Shown: positions 40,053 through 54,680 of the stretch, piece after piece
Layout of the letters: the number at the start of each line of letters is the position of its first letter
Numbering within the stretch: the stretch's first letter is position 1
Assembly: GCA_964016885.1 (NCBI GenBank)
Contig: OZ024745.1
Span: forward strand, 13,082,001 to 13,146,000
Source: Eledone cirrhosa
Taxonomy: Eukaryota
Reading direction: 5' to 3'
Length of the DNA stretch: 64,000 nt
Program-made: the position numbers and the translations under genes
Notes under the pieces: generated by a model
Databases searched by the model: none
The model's input: only the letters and a program-made list of their open reading frames with translations
What the model was told of the DNA's origin: nothing

Positions 40053-41101
40053 ACCAGATAGAAAAATGCGTACAGCAAAAAAAAATAATATTGTTGGAAT
40101 ATAAACCTTTAAAAATACAGGACAAGAAACTAAAATAAAACTTTAAAAGAATAGGACAAGAAACTAAGATAAAACTTTAAAGAATTGGACAAGAAATAAA
40201 AAATTTTACAATAATATTAGTGGCAACATTTTTTTATTCGTTTCCTGTGCTATGCCCCAGTATCTTCTTGATTAGTGCATAATAATTGTCATGCTCTCAT
40301 TGTGCGTTGCCCCTGAGTGGTTGGTTCTGGTTGGGGTTGGTTGGCTGAGCAGTTCTGCTCCGTCAGAATGACCATTGCAAGAAGAATTGGCCGATGCAGC
40401 TGCAGGTCTCCTCCAAGAATGCACTTCTGGTCCCGCAACACCAGACGAAGATGGAGAAGACGACCGGGACAAGATGTCGACTCTGGCCACCGACTACGGC
40501 GCCTCCCTCAAACACCGGTCCTCCCTCCCTCTGTCCCGTCATCCCTCCAGTCCTCCTGCTCCCCCTTCCTGTACCAGAAAGCTGTGGCACGCATTCATCT
40601 AGACTGCCGGACTTGAACTCAAGGACAAGATGCAAGGAGAAGATGGACGGGTTGGTCAAGATCAAGGATGAACGGGACGACAAGACCGTCCGCTGCTGCT
40701 CAAGTTCTGTGCTCATGGGCCCATGGGTCCATTCACATTATGCATGACACATGAGGCGTGTCGCCGAATGATGAAATAGGGGTATGGTTATGGCCCAATT
40801 GGTGTTCAAACCAGGATCAAATGATCCCCCTGGTCTGACGACGACCTCTGAATGTGGAACCCAGAGCCTATGAATGTGGAACTCGATTTTTTACCAATAA
40901 AAATTTTGCCACTAATATTATTGTAACATTTTTTATTTCTTGTCCAATTCTTTAAAGTTTTATCTTAGTTTCTTGTCCTATTCTTTTAAAGTTTTATCTT
41001 AGTTTCTTGTCCTATTCTTTTAAAGTTTTATTTTAGTTTCTTGTCCTGTTTATATTCCAACAATATTACTTTTTTTTGCTGTACGCATTTTTCTATCTGG
41101 T
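40053..41101. mobile_element. Non-autonomous TIR DNA transposon; ~180-200 bp TIRs containing ~34-bp tandem subrepeats; probable TA target site
   Basis: ACCAGATAGAAAAATGCGTACAGC... and its reverse complement at 41078-41101; GC-rich degenerate coding interior. Confidence 0.85.
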
Positions 41102-42384
41102 ATATATATATATATAAACAACATTTATTTTAGTAGTCACACACAATGGAATTGAAACCGCAATTCAAGGGAAATAACTCAAACGTGAATAAACTGTATG
41201 CAGCAAATTAATGTTAACGTCGGATTTCCCCAATTATAAAAACCTACTCCAAAACTAAGCTTTAGTGAAATTGTTATGTTGCTGTCCAATGTAAGCTCTA
41301 CACAGAAAATAATTCCCTAGTGCATTCTTGTAAGAAAAGTTAATATAAAAAATAATGTAAAATGCAGTGTTCAGATTTGAATCTAAGAAGTTACGATAAC
41401 ATCCCAGAAGATGATGACATGACAGTATTTGAATAAATAAATCCGTTTTTTTTTTATTTTTGACATCAGTAAACAGTATAATTTTATGAAAACTCTTGTG
41501 CTGTTATGTTTTTGTGTAAAAAATATAAGGCCTAACCCGAAAATAAGTCCTAGTGCCTTTTTTTAAAGGAAAAAATAGTATAAGATCTGTCTTATAATAG
41601 GGAAGCACGGTATTAAGGCGTTGAATTGGTAGAATCGCTAGAGCGTTAGATAAATGCTTAGCAATATTTGTTTCCACTCTTTACTGTCTAAATTCAAATC
41701 CTGTCGAGATCAACTTTGCTTTTTGTCCTTGCGAGGTCAATAATATAAAGAACCAGTCAAGCACTGAGGTCGATATAATCGATTTTCCCCTCCCCAGATT
41801 GCTGGCTGTGTGCCTAAATTTGAAACAAGTATTGAATATTTCAAGCGAATTAGTGACTTTTTCGAAGTTAATACATGAAGGATGGTTAATTATAGATAAC
41901 TATAGCTGTATATCAAATATTAATCATTTAAACATCTCCATTGTTTCTAATGAAACATCAAATAGTGCTAAACTTATGTAATAGTATAACTGTCAACAAC
42001 ATTCAAATCTATAGAAATTTACTTGTATGTTAGTAATATATGGACCCGTAACTCCTGAGGGGGCCGTAAGGACGCTGTATTGACATACGGCGTTTCTAGG
42101 TTATTTTAAAATCTGGCAGAGCCCATCTCCTTGCCAGGTCTGAATACAGCAGACTTTTTCCAGAGAACAATAGAGAGTGAGAGAATTGAAGAAAGAAAGA
42201 GACACAGAGAAATGATCGACCCCAGTACTAGATTGGTATTTAATTTTATCGATTGCAGTAGCTGGGTGTGAAGGACTGGTGTCATGGACATGGGGTGTCT
42301 TGTATTCTTAGTCACTCAACGTCATGGAAACTGAGATAACCACCGGCCTGATGAGCTTCTGGACTCAAGACAGACTTTAAATGT

Positions 42385-43410
42385 TTCCAGTTATACAGAT
42401 GGGGCACATTTAAACAAGGGAGTAGGTTGGGAAGGTACTTAGTCTTTCGAAAATAATAATAGAGATAAGAAATTCAGATTGCCCAAGATTTTCCCAATAT
42501 TTGCTGCAGGTTTGTGGGGAATGATATTATCCAAAGAAATGACATGGGGAGAAGGTTTTTTATTTACTAATAGTTTATGGGACCTAGAAGTACTTCAATT
42601 AAGAAAATGAAATCATGTTAGACGTATTGAAACTTTTCTGCTGAGAATAGATAATTATCTTCCAGAAAATGATAAGAATAAATAAACACCAATTATTTGG
42701 ATACCAGGTCATACATATATTAGGAAAACAGATGAATTGGCAAAGGAGGGAACACAAAGGGAAATAATAAATAAAGATTATATCCCAAATCTATTGGAAT
42801 TCAAGTCCTTTAACAACAATGTAATTATATAAAGCTCTCAAATCTCAATCCTCCATTACCTCAGTCAGACCTGTCAATATTTAAAATATAGCAGACAGTG
42901 AACAATGTTAATAAACAAAGATTATGTTAGATTCGAATGGGTTGAACTATATTTTTTCCTGAACTGGTCATATGGAATCGCTTGTGTCCTTGTGGAGACT
43001 GACAAGAAATCTTGTGTCCTTGTGAAGACTGCCAAGAAATTCTTTGGCACTATTTATTCTAATTTAGAAACTACCAATTTGAGAAAGGAAGAGAGAGAGA
43101 GAGAGAGGGGGGGGGGAGGGATCTTGAAGTTGGTCTTTAAAAACTTCTAACTTTGCAGGTGAAACATATTGTCAAAAATCTACCAACTATATACAAATCT
43201 TTCAGTACATGTAGGCCACGAAATGGTTCAGCTTCACAAGCTTTCAGCTATTCTATAGTTGCCATTGTTTTTTAACCTTTTTTATTTTGCTTCCTATTGT
43301 CATTTACTCTCTGTCTCCCTCTTCTTAACTGGAAGAGATACTAGATAGCTCCCATAGTTTGTCTTGGCTTACTAGGTTTATACGGACGTTTAAATTGATT
43401 AAACATTTAA
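42385..43410 (+). mobile_element. Ancient I-group LINE relic with RNase H domain
   Basis: YTDG..., KFRLPKIFPIFAAGL, FTNS, IIWIPGHTYI...DELAKEG in degenerate frames. Confidence 0.7.
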
Positions 43411-43506
43411 ATAAATATTAATTTTTACACGACATCATGTGCATTTCGTTCTTGTATTCAACACAAAAAAAAGAAATCATCTCAAGGAAGGTAACCACAT
43501 ATATTA

Positions 43507-43804
43507 TCTATATATATAAAACTGAGGATGTGTGTGTGTGTGAGAGTTTGAATCCCTAAAACTCGAGAACCACCCAACCGACTATTTTTAAACTTTACAC
43601 ATGTAATACTTATGTTTCAGGGAGTGTTCTGAGCAAACAGAATTTCAAATTTTCAATGCCCTAGGGACTGTATTAGGCGATTTAGTTATCTCTCTCTATA
43701 ATTCTTAGTCTCTCTCTTTTTAGATAGATACATACATATAACGTCGCGCCCTTATAATATGTGTCTGTATGTCTGCTGTCTGCATTACGTCACTTCCCTG
43801 AGGA

Positions 43805-43890
<86 letters not shown>

Positions 43891-44444
43891 TGAATCCCTA
43901 AAACTCGAGAAGTACCCAACCGACTTTTTTGAAACTTTACATGTGTATTACTTATGTTTCAGGGAGTGTTATGCACATAAAAATTCAACTTTTTGATCCC
44001 CTAGGGCCCGCATTAGTTGAAAAACTGCGATTTTTCAGGTTTTAGGGGTTTTTTTTAGTTGTTACGTCAGAATGATTTCCTTGAAATTGTAACTATCTAT
44101 TAGTCAGTCTCTTCTTCATACCGTGAGCAAAGAAAATCCAACTTTTTTATGGCCTAGGACCCGCATTAGGTGAAAAACTTCATTTTTTCAGCTTTTTAGG
44201 GCTTTTTTGAGGCCGATTTTCCCGAAATTTCAAGGCATATTATGCACATAAAAAAAATTCATTTTCTTGATCCCCTAGGGCCCGCATTACGTGAAAACCT
44301 GCATTTTTCCTGTTTCATCGAGGAAAATCTTAAATATTATCCAGCCATCAGAGTATTCGGTTTATTTTCTTTACATATTGTCCAGGCATGCAGTTTTTTC
44401 ACGATTAGGTATGTTGGCGGCCCGCGTTCCAAAATACCTTATCC
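43507..44444 (+). mobile_element. Non-autonomous Helitron with intact 5' end and deleted 3' terminator
   Basis: A|TCTATATATATAAAACTGAGG start, (TG)n, body near-identical to 24925-25485; hairpin and CTAG absent. Confidence 0.8.
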
Positions 44445-45992
44445 AGCCCCATCGAGCTGGGAGGGGAAGCCTACAGCGTCCATCCATGCTCAATGACATT
44501 GTTGAGGGCAGCATGGCGTGGAAGGCGGCCGGCACTGTGGCGACAGGAAAGCGGGGTTTGGAGGCCGCGTGAAAACAGGCGAGGCGGTGCTGGTCGAGCT
44601 GGCGCGGGAGGCTGTTGAGGCCAGGCTGCACTGGATGGTATCCCATAAGCTTTGGGGGAGAAGGAGGAGGGACGTCTACTGGTGTAAGTCCCAGCCTGTC
44701 CCACGTCTCATAGGCGACTTCACGCTCCCTGAACACAGAGGGTTCTATTATTTGCTCAAATAATTATAAATAATAAAATACTCAAAATTACATATGTAAA
44801 TAATTGTTTATACTTTTGGCATAAGGCCAACAATTATCCCAGTGCATTACTGGTACTTTATTTTATCGACCCCGTAAGGATGAAAGACAAAGTTAACCTC
44901 GATGGGATTTGAACTCAGACTGTACATATGTAAATAATATTATATTCTTCTATACAAATCCCGCCGAGGTTGACTTTGCCTTTCATCTTTACGGGGTCGA
45001 TAAAATAAAGTACCAGTAATGGACTGGGTATTTGCTGGCCTTGTGCCTAAAGTAGAAACAATTATATTCTTCTATACAGAGTTTGATTACTTTAACAATT
45101 TACATTAAAAAAACCAAAAAAAAACCCCGTTAAGCGGAATCTAACTCCCATTTGCAGGATGGTGAACAGAGGCGCTACAAATGTACCACAGTGCCAACGC
45201 TTCTTTGTTTCTCATTTTAGGGCTAATATATTGCACGATTTTAACAAGGAAGCGTTCAACCTGTGTGTGTATGTGCGAGGAAGATTAAAAATATAACTGA
45301 AAGTTATTTCTTTTTCTTAGGTTGTATGCTGTTTAAAACGCCCATAATTTGATGAGACGATCTAAAAACTGTACTAACTAGGCAATTTGATTTTCTGTTG
45401 GATTTTATAAAGGAATTCGATACAAAAAATATCTGTAGTCTGTATCGGACTCACCCTTGACATGAGGAGAATAACTGCGCTACTACGGTACCACGGCGCC
45501 AATCGCCAGTATAGATCTTATTCTGAATACTTACCCTTGCGTCCAGAGTAACCGTCGATTTTTGTTGGGTTTCTTCATGAGTGACACTCGGAAGTCTCCC
45601 CCTATTGCGGAATATTCTTTTGCTTAAATTCTTTACCTTTGTTATTTTTGAGATTTTTTTTTACACGAAAACACCTACAATATTTCATCCTGTACCAGTG
45701 GTCACGTAGCAGAAGGCACCCAGAGAACGAACGCTTGGGTCCATGGCAAGCGAGAAGGACCCTCCTAAGCTCAACGATGTTGATCGACGTAGTTTGAGGA
45801 AGCATTAAACAGGATCGCTGTCTCGTCTGGGTGGCAGTGAATGGCTGAAGCTGCACAGGCGAGGGGAAGAGGCAGCTGCTACAGCGTCACATTAAGAAAG
45901 CATTTGAAGTTTGTCGTGTAAGATAGAAACAAGAGAAGTGGTGAAACATACCGCACCCTGGACATTTGCAGGCTTCCTATCTTTTTTAAGTA

Positions 45993-46076
<84 letters not shown>

Positions 46077-46275
46077 TCACACATAACATACATATATATT
46101 ATATATACATGGACACACTGGAAGAAGAAGACCAAGGTTAACGTATGTTGATGCCCTAAGGACAGACACTGGTCTGTTGGAGACGCAGGACATGGCAGCG
46201 ATAATGAGGGACAGAGACCGCTGGAGAGAACTCGTCCATGGATCTCGGGAATTTTAGCCGCTCTATATATATATA

Positions 46276-46317
<42 letters not shown>

Positions 46318-47085
46318 AGAGAAGTGGTGAAAAATACCACACCCTGAATATTTCCAGGCTTCCTATCTTTTTTAAGTAATACATACATGGTGGCTGCCAA
46401 CTCGTTTTCGAGTACGGCCACTACTTTATATCCTTGTAGGAGAACCCCTACCGATGCGCTGAACGAGTGTGACTTTTTAGTCCAGCCAGCGACTTGAAAA
46501 CTCTGGTACAAACACTACACTTGTGACAATTATTGACACATAGAGCTAGGCCCATGGTACCATGTGACGACAAGTTCAGAGAGATCTCCAGATATAAAGC
46601 AATGCCTGTGCCGTGAAGCTTTTATAGTGAACAAAGGCACTGCACAAAGCCAGTCCCACTCTCTTAACCAAGATGATATTTACCAAAAAGAAGAACACGT
46701 CAACATCATTGGATACTATCAGGGTTGCAGGTGTTATATCAGAGTTTTCCTTCTCTTAGAATTCTGCCTTCACAAAGGCTAAGGGGTCATCTCTCCCGGT
46801 GATTTAGGATGGCCATTGACTCTTAAGAGCTCATTTTCCCTTTGACAGGTTTTGTTTTTAGTCCTGCAGGATGTCCAAAGTCACCCTCCTCACCAAGAAA
46901 CCTTGGTAGGGTTGCCAGATTAGTCGCCAACAACCCGACCATAAGACAGGTTGTACTGGGATACATGTTACCAGTAGCACCAACTGGTGACATGACATAC
47001 ATACATACATACATACATACATACATACATACATACATACATACATACATACATACATACATACATACATACATGTGTGTGTGTG

Positions 47086-47173
<88 letters not shown>

Positions 47174-48268
47174 CTCTACGGTTCTTATATATTTGATATA
47201 TATTTATCCTTGCCATTCTGAGTTCAAATCCCGCAAAGGTTAACTTTGCCTTTCATCCTTACGGGGTCGATAAAATAAAGTACCAGTAATGTACTGAGTA
47301 ATTGCTAGTCTTGTGCCAAACGTAGAAACAATTATTATATATATATATATAATAATAATATATTATATATATATATATATACATACACACACACTCACAC
47401 ACAAATAACATACATATACATATGTATGTATATTATTGAACCCTGAACGTTTCTTATCTTTTTTAAGTAATACATACATACATATATTATATATATGTAT
47501 ATATATACACACACACACATAAGTGGAGAAACATACCACACCCAGAACATTTCAAGGCTTCCTATCTTTTTAAAGTAATATATACCTATATATATATTAT
47601 TTCAGAGTAAAAAACAATTTATTCAAATTAATTTATAATTTCCATACCTGTCGGGACTGAGGAAATAGTGAAATATTTTTTTGCAAATTTCAGTTAAGTG
47701 AAAGAACTATTTTGTTTATATATATATATATGTATATACATAATAAAGTAAAAGGTCTGTACAAGTTTTTGTTTTCTCAGCGAAATAGTTTACTTTTCTA
47801 ACGAAACAAATTTCAGTTTTCGAAAGTTAAACAACGCCATTACAACCAGCCAACGTTTTGTTACTATGTTAGTTGCATTCCAACCAGTCTAACGCTTTGT
47901 GTTGTTGCTATTATCAACGATCTTTCTTAGTTAAAATAAACGGTTTAAAATATATAGAAGACATTTTATTTCTTATATCACTTTTTACTTCTGGAATTAG
48001 TCTTACTATTCGAGCGGAGAATTACTTCAAATTCTGTTCAACATCTCAGCTTCTATTCTTCGGTTTCTTGGGACTGTTTTTCAATCAAACCTACCCCAAG
48101 TCTCACACACACACATATATAAAATCCAAAGCGGGCTCGATAAGGATAAATATTAAGAACCCTAGAGCAAATATTTAAATATAAAAGCAGATTAAAGTTT
48201 TGTCATACCGGTAACCGGATAGTACTTACTTACTTACTACCCGTCATATTTATAGTTGTATTAAACAG

Positions 48269-48301
<33 letters not shown>

Positions 48302-48393
48302 TTAGAAACACACAGATACATGCGGACACACACATATATACATGAATGCATCCGCACCCAACTGTGAGTTAAGGATAAATATAATATAATATA

Positions 48394-48436
<43 letters not shown>

Positions 48437-48561
48437 ATATAATATAATATAATATATATATAATATAAAATAATACAATATAATATATACATATATATAT
48501 AATATAATATAATATAATATAATATATACATATATATATAATATAATATAATATAATATAT

Positions 48562-48643
<82 letters not shown>

Positions 48644-49991
48644 TATAAATCGTTGCTTTCACCCTTTGTTATTTTAATAAATATATTTTTCAATGACAAA
48701 TATAACAAACTAGTGAATATCATAAACATGCATTTATTCATCAATATACACAAAAGATTTTCGTAACATTATTCATTCCATTAACAAACATTTTGCTGCT
48801 GAATTAGAATCATTCGTTCTTTACAGAATCTGAAAGAAAAAAAAATGAGTTGTATTTTTCATCTGGACATCGGCAAATATGAGCTAGAAAAAATCTATTT
48901 CCAACACATATTCACCGATGTCTAGATTAATAATATGTGTGTATGTATGCATGTGTGTGCGTTTCGTATCGAAGGCCTTCACTCCCGAGGGGAGCCATTG
49001 TGTATTGGTGTTCACCATTCTTCTCCAGTTTTCGAATTTTTTTGGTATCGAGAGTAAATCTCTTGTCTTCTCGGAAGCCCCAGGTTTCCCTGCCCTGGAA
49101 GAGCCTGGTCAAGAGTTCATACAGCGCGTGCGGCTGTACCGTACACCTTGCAACTAGGTTACAGGGGGTGTTTAAGAACCCAAGACTACCTGGTAAACGT
49201 CGAAAACAAGGTGAAGATGACTGCTACTTCACACTAGTCTTCAAGACGGACTCAACTACAAACCATATCGGGTTACCCGTGGCAGTAGACTGATTAATTA
49301 TTTCAAATCACATCTATTTATAACCTTCTATAGATGTTATAAGCATTATGACGTCATAATGACAATATGGAGGAATTTTAAATGTTAAGTTTTCAATTTT
49401 TTTTTCTTCTTCTTTTTTTGCAAAAAAACAAAATATTTATTTATGAATAACTAATCCCCCCCACCCCTCCCCATTCTTCTTTGACACTAGGGTCCTTCCC
49501 ATTCCCCACCCCCATTCCGTATTTTCTCTCGTTTTTTCTTAATATTTTCCTATTTTACATTGCATTAATAAAGGAAAGAGCAGTAAATAAATAAATAAAT
49601 AAATAAAAGGGAAAGAAAAAGGCTATGTGGTGAGGATGAAACCCTGTACGTATGGCCGGGTGGCATATCTCAGCTGTGTCTAGCAGACAAGATGGCGAGA
49701 ATATTGCCACAATGAACAATTGACGATACCCATCAGTCCTTTTAACTGGAGGACTCCTTTCTCAGCTTTTGATGCTTTCGTCCCGATTTGACAGACGAAA
49801 ACATCATTCCGGGTATTAACAGACAAAATGTTTAAACGTCGACTGACAAAAAAAGGAATCAGTCAATTTATGTCTTGTATTTGTTCATTTTCCACTCCCT
49901 TACATTGTAAGAGTTAGATTTGACAAAATTTCAGATTTAAATCAGGGGTTTGGAATTCAAGGATTCAAAGGTCCATTACGCCCTGAGGAAG

Positions 49992-50089
<98 letters not shown>

Positions 50090-52027
50090 CAGCTCACATC
50101 TATGCATGTTTAGCTGGCCTCCTCCAAGGTATATCTCGTTGGAGGTGTCTTGGGTAATTTAATGATAGTGACCCCAGTCCTATCATCTCATTTCTACAGC
50201 TGAATAAACTGGAGCAACGTGAAAAAAAGTGTCTTGCTCAAGGAAACAACACATCACCCGGTCCGAGAATTGAAGCATGGCGTCCGACCTCTACCGATAC
50301 ACCAAATGTCCACCATTTATAATGATAATCTACAATACAGCTGAAAATCCCCCGGAACAGACGAGTGACTGGTTAGTTCGTTATCATCGACACCGAGATC
50401 GCCCCACCCTCGAGAACGTCGTCGTACTTGTGCACCACCAATCCTCTATAGAACTCTAATGTAGAATGTCCATTGACCGCAATGCCCAATTAGTAGACGG
50501 CTGTGTGCGCCTGACAAAATTCCTGATAGCAGGCACCCAATCTTGGTCTTTGCTTGATCTACGATTGCATCTCAGTGAAAGAGACAAGCTAGGGAAATAG
50601 GTGCTTTACATACGACGACCACACCTGTTAACCGGTCAGGCGGTAGGTAGTAGGTGACAGATGCGATGTACGTATTCGCCATCTGTGGCCGACCTTTCAG
50701 AGATAGCTTTCTCACGGCCCAATTTTGGATGCGAGTGGTCACTCTGCTTGTTACCTCCAAGTTTCTATTCATTTGGAGGTCTGGATCAAACTAGACCCCG
50801 AACAATTTAACCGGCCCACCAGTCCATCGCCTGACGACGCTGTTGGAATGTATAGATTCGTTTCTCCAGGTACTGAGTCGCAGGCACCGATTTTCCCTAG
50901 TGCAATTTCATCCCTGTTAACGTTTCATATACCCTGAGAGCGTTGCTCATCACCTCACTGTAGTTGGTGTTCGACACCATTTTGTTGACGTCGTAGGTAT
51001 ATGCTGACACGGAGCTCCCACAACTTAGTTCCCACAAGCTGCCTCTCAACGTCTCCAGTGTGTACAGTAGTGGTTCGAGAGCCAGCACATACAACAGGGA
51101 CGAAAGGCAACAAACTTGGCGGACTAAGCGCATGATATTGAGCTCTGACCTCAGAGTAAATGTTGCTGTGCATATACGATATATCTCGTTCAGCCTCTCT
51201 CTGGCTCTCTTTCCCTCTCTCACTATATATAGTCATTACGACAGCGGAGGTCCGACGAGCTTTTGATTCCAGAGACTGGCCAAATCGATACAGATCGAAC
51301 CTTGAGCTGATCAATAGCGAATTAATATAAATATGTATATAGTTTAATTATATACTGGTGGTGTTAGACATGGCCTGGGCCAATACTGGCCGAAACCTAT
51401 CAAAGTTATTAAAGTTATCAAAATTATATTTGTTTATGCATAACAGTTTTTATTAGGAATTCGAATATAAATTCAATTTAGTTATAAATGAAAACATATT
51501 CTGCTAATTTTTGCGAACATAGAAAAAAAATGAAGCAAAACAAAAGAAAAAGAAAACAAAGATTGCTTTGGTTTGTAACACATCTAATAGGATCTGGTAA
51601 ATCGATGGAAAATTGGCTGCTATTTCTAGCAAATAGAGCCACTACCCAAAGTGAAGGTCATGAGCCCGCAGAGACTATCTTATCTATATGCATACAATCA
51701 ATGACATTCATGTGTTTATATGGGTATCTGAGACTACATTGTTTAATGTGTGTCCTTCGTTGTTTGAAAACATAGCAGGAGGTAAATTTGGCTGCTACTT
51801 TTAGCAAAACCATAAACATTCATGTCAGCAAAAAACAAAAAAAAAAAAACTTCTTTTTCAAGGGATGAATATTTTCAGAAAAATTAGAAAACCTTTTCGG
51901 AGAATGCTAATTACTTGCCGTCGCTAATTTACCAACTGATTCTATTTTATTGCATTTTTTATGTAAAATCTTTGAAGTTTTAGTTTTATCATTGTTGCTG
52001 GGGGTTGTTTAAGACTACACCCCTATA

Positions 52028-52030
<3 letters not shown>
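43885..52030 (+). repeat. Segmental duplication, copy B (~8.1 kb)
   Basis: Colinear with 24925-34045; differs by indels and microsatellite lengths. Confidence 0.95.
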
Positions 52031-52111
<81 letters not shown>

Positions 52112-53045
52112 AAGGCGGGTAAAATTCCCGAGATCCATGGACGAGTTCTCTCCAGCGGTCTCTGTCCCTCATTATCGCTGCCATGTCCTGCTAATTCTGG
52201 ACTAAATGAAAATTTTTATCCTGGTATATGAATAGCCGAGCTTCTCAGGGGGTAATTCCATATATGGTAAAAGTGATTGTCACAAGGATTTGTCAAAAGT
52301 TTGTTGTTGAGACACATAATTCTATCATGGCAATTTGTGGAAGGAAGGAGTAACTGAACCTGCCAGTAGAAGAAAGAGGAAGAGGGGGTGGAGGAAACCC
52401 AGTCGTGCGTTGATAGGGCCAACTACAGCAGGGCAGGAGGTCAAGCAAGTATACTAGGGAAGGGGAGGGGGAGGAAGTCGCAACAATAACTAAATCAATA
52501 TGGAGTAAATATATAGAAGAATACCAAGAATGTTAAAAATATAAAAAAACAATTTCTGGTTACTATTCCCTAACGACAGTCATCAAGTCTCTCACTGGTA
52601 CTGCTAAACTATAGAAACGTTTACTAGGTGGGACGGAATTGTTATGAGACCATTTTAAGAGTTAGTAGTAATCAACCGAGTATATCTTACGGTGACAGGT
52701 CAACAAGTGTGGGGGAGGGGGCAAAATACTAAAGAAACTACCACGAAATAATAATTCAGAGTCCCGAAACTAATACGAAATAATTGTTTCTTACCCTAGG
52801 CACAAGGCCAGCAACCACCCAGTGCAAAAAATAAACTAATACGAAATAATAATTCAGAATCCCGAAAATGAATACGAATACTATCTCTAAGGGTGCCGCT
52901 ACGATACAAAAATTCTAGTGCAAACTACATAAATGCTCGTACGAGGTATATGAAAAATTTGATACGGAAAATTAATACGATATATATATATGTCTCTCCA
53001 CCACTCCCCTACACACCTTTTGAACTCTGTTCCCACACACTTCTC

Positions 53046-53077
53046 ACCTGAGGAAGGGCTTATGCCCGAAACGTCGT
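53046..53077 (+). ncRNA. Minimal type I hammerhead motif in a Penelope-like pLTR fragment (~52990-53170); stem I weak
   Basis: CTGAGGA-A-GGGC(TTAT)GCCC-GAAA-CG-TC; downstream AATAAA. Confidence 0.6.
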
Positions 53078-53164
53078 CCCCCACCTACCCCCCACTCTCC
53101 TGAGCGTGAATTTAATAAACATTTATTGTACTGCCTCTCTGTTCTGTCCCTGTTCAAATTTTTC

Positions 53165-53233
<69 letters not shown>

Positions 53234-53450
53234 TTTCTGAATTTGTTTAGCAAGATTCTTTATCTGAAATCGTGTGTTGAAACCGATATTGTTATACTTT
53301 GGGAGGGTCATGTTGCCAATAAGAAACACATGCACCAGTTGCTTCACTTCAATTTATTATATATTTATAAATTTATAAATTTACAAATCTACAAACTTAT
53401 AAATTTCTGGTTGGTTGGTTGGTTCTACAACCAGATAGTTGTTTATATAT

Positions 53451-53495
53451 AGTCATAGTCCTTTCGTCACACACTCTGTGACCTCTTCAGTGACT
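53451..53495 (-). ncRNA. Type I hammerhead ribozyme motif
   Basis: AGTCA-CTGAAGA-G-GTCAC...GTGAC-GAAA-GGAC-TA-TGACT on the minus strand. Confidence 0.75.
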
Positions 53496-53689
53496 GGGGA
53501 TTCCTTTCTTCGTTTCTGTGCCTTTCCTTTCTTCTATCCTACGCCATTTTGTTTCTGTGTGTTGAACACAAACACACACAGACACCCGGATGTGGCGCAT
53601 GTGCAAACTGAGCACACAACACACACACAGAAACAAAATGGCGTAGGATAGAAGAAAGGAAAGGCACAGAAACGAAGAAAGGAATCCCC

Positions 53690-53734
53690 AGTCACTGAAG
53701 AGGTCACAAAGTGTGTGACGAAAGGACTATGACT
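53690..53734 (+). ncRNA. Type I hammerhead ribozyme motif
   Basis: Stem I AGTCA/TGACT, core CTGAAGA and GAAA, stem II GTCACA/TGTGAC, CUA cleavage triplet. Confidence 0.75.
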
Positions 53735-53891
53735 ATATATAAACAACTATCTGGTTGTAGAACCAACCAACCAACCAGAAATTTATAAGTTTGTAGATTT
53801 GTAAATTTATAAATTTATATATATATAATAAATTGAAGTGAAGCAACTGGTGCGTTTGTTTCTTATTGGCAACATGACCCTCCCAAAGTAT

Positions 53892-54680
<789 letters not shown>

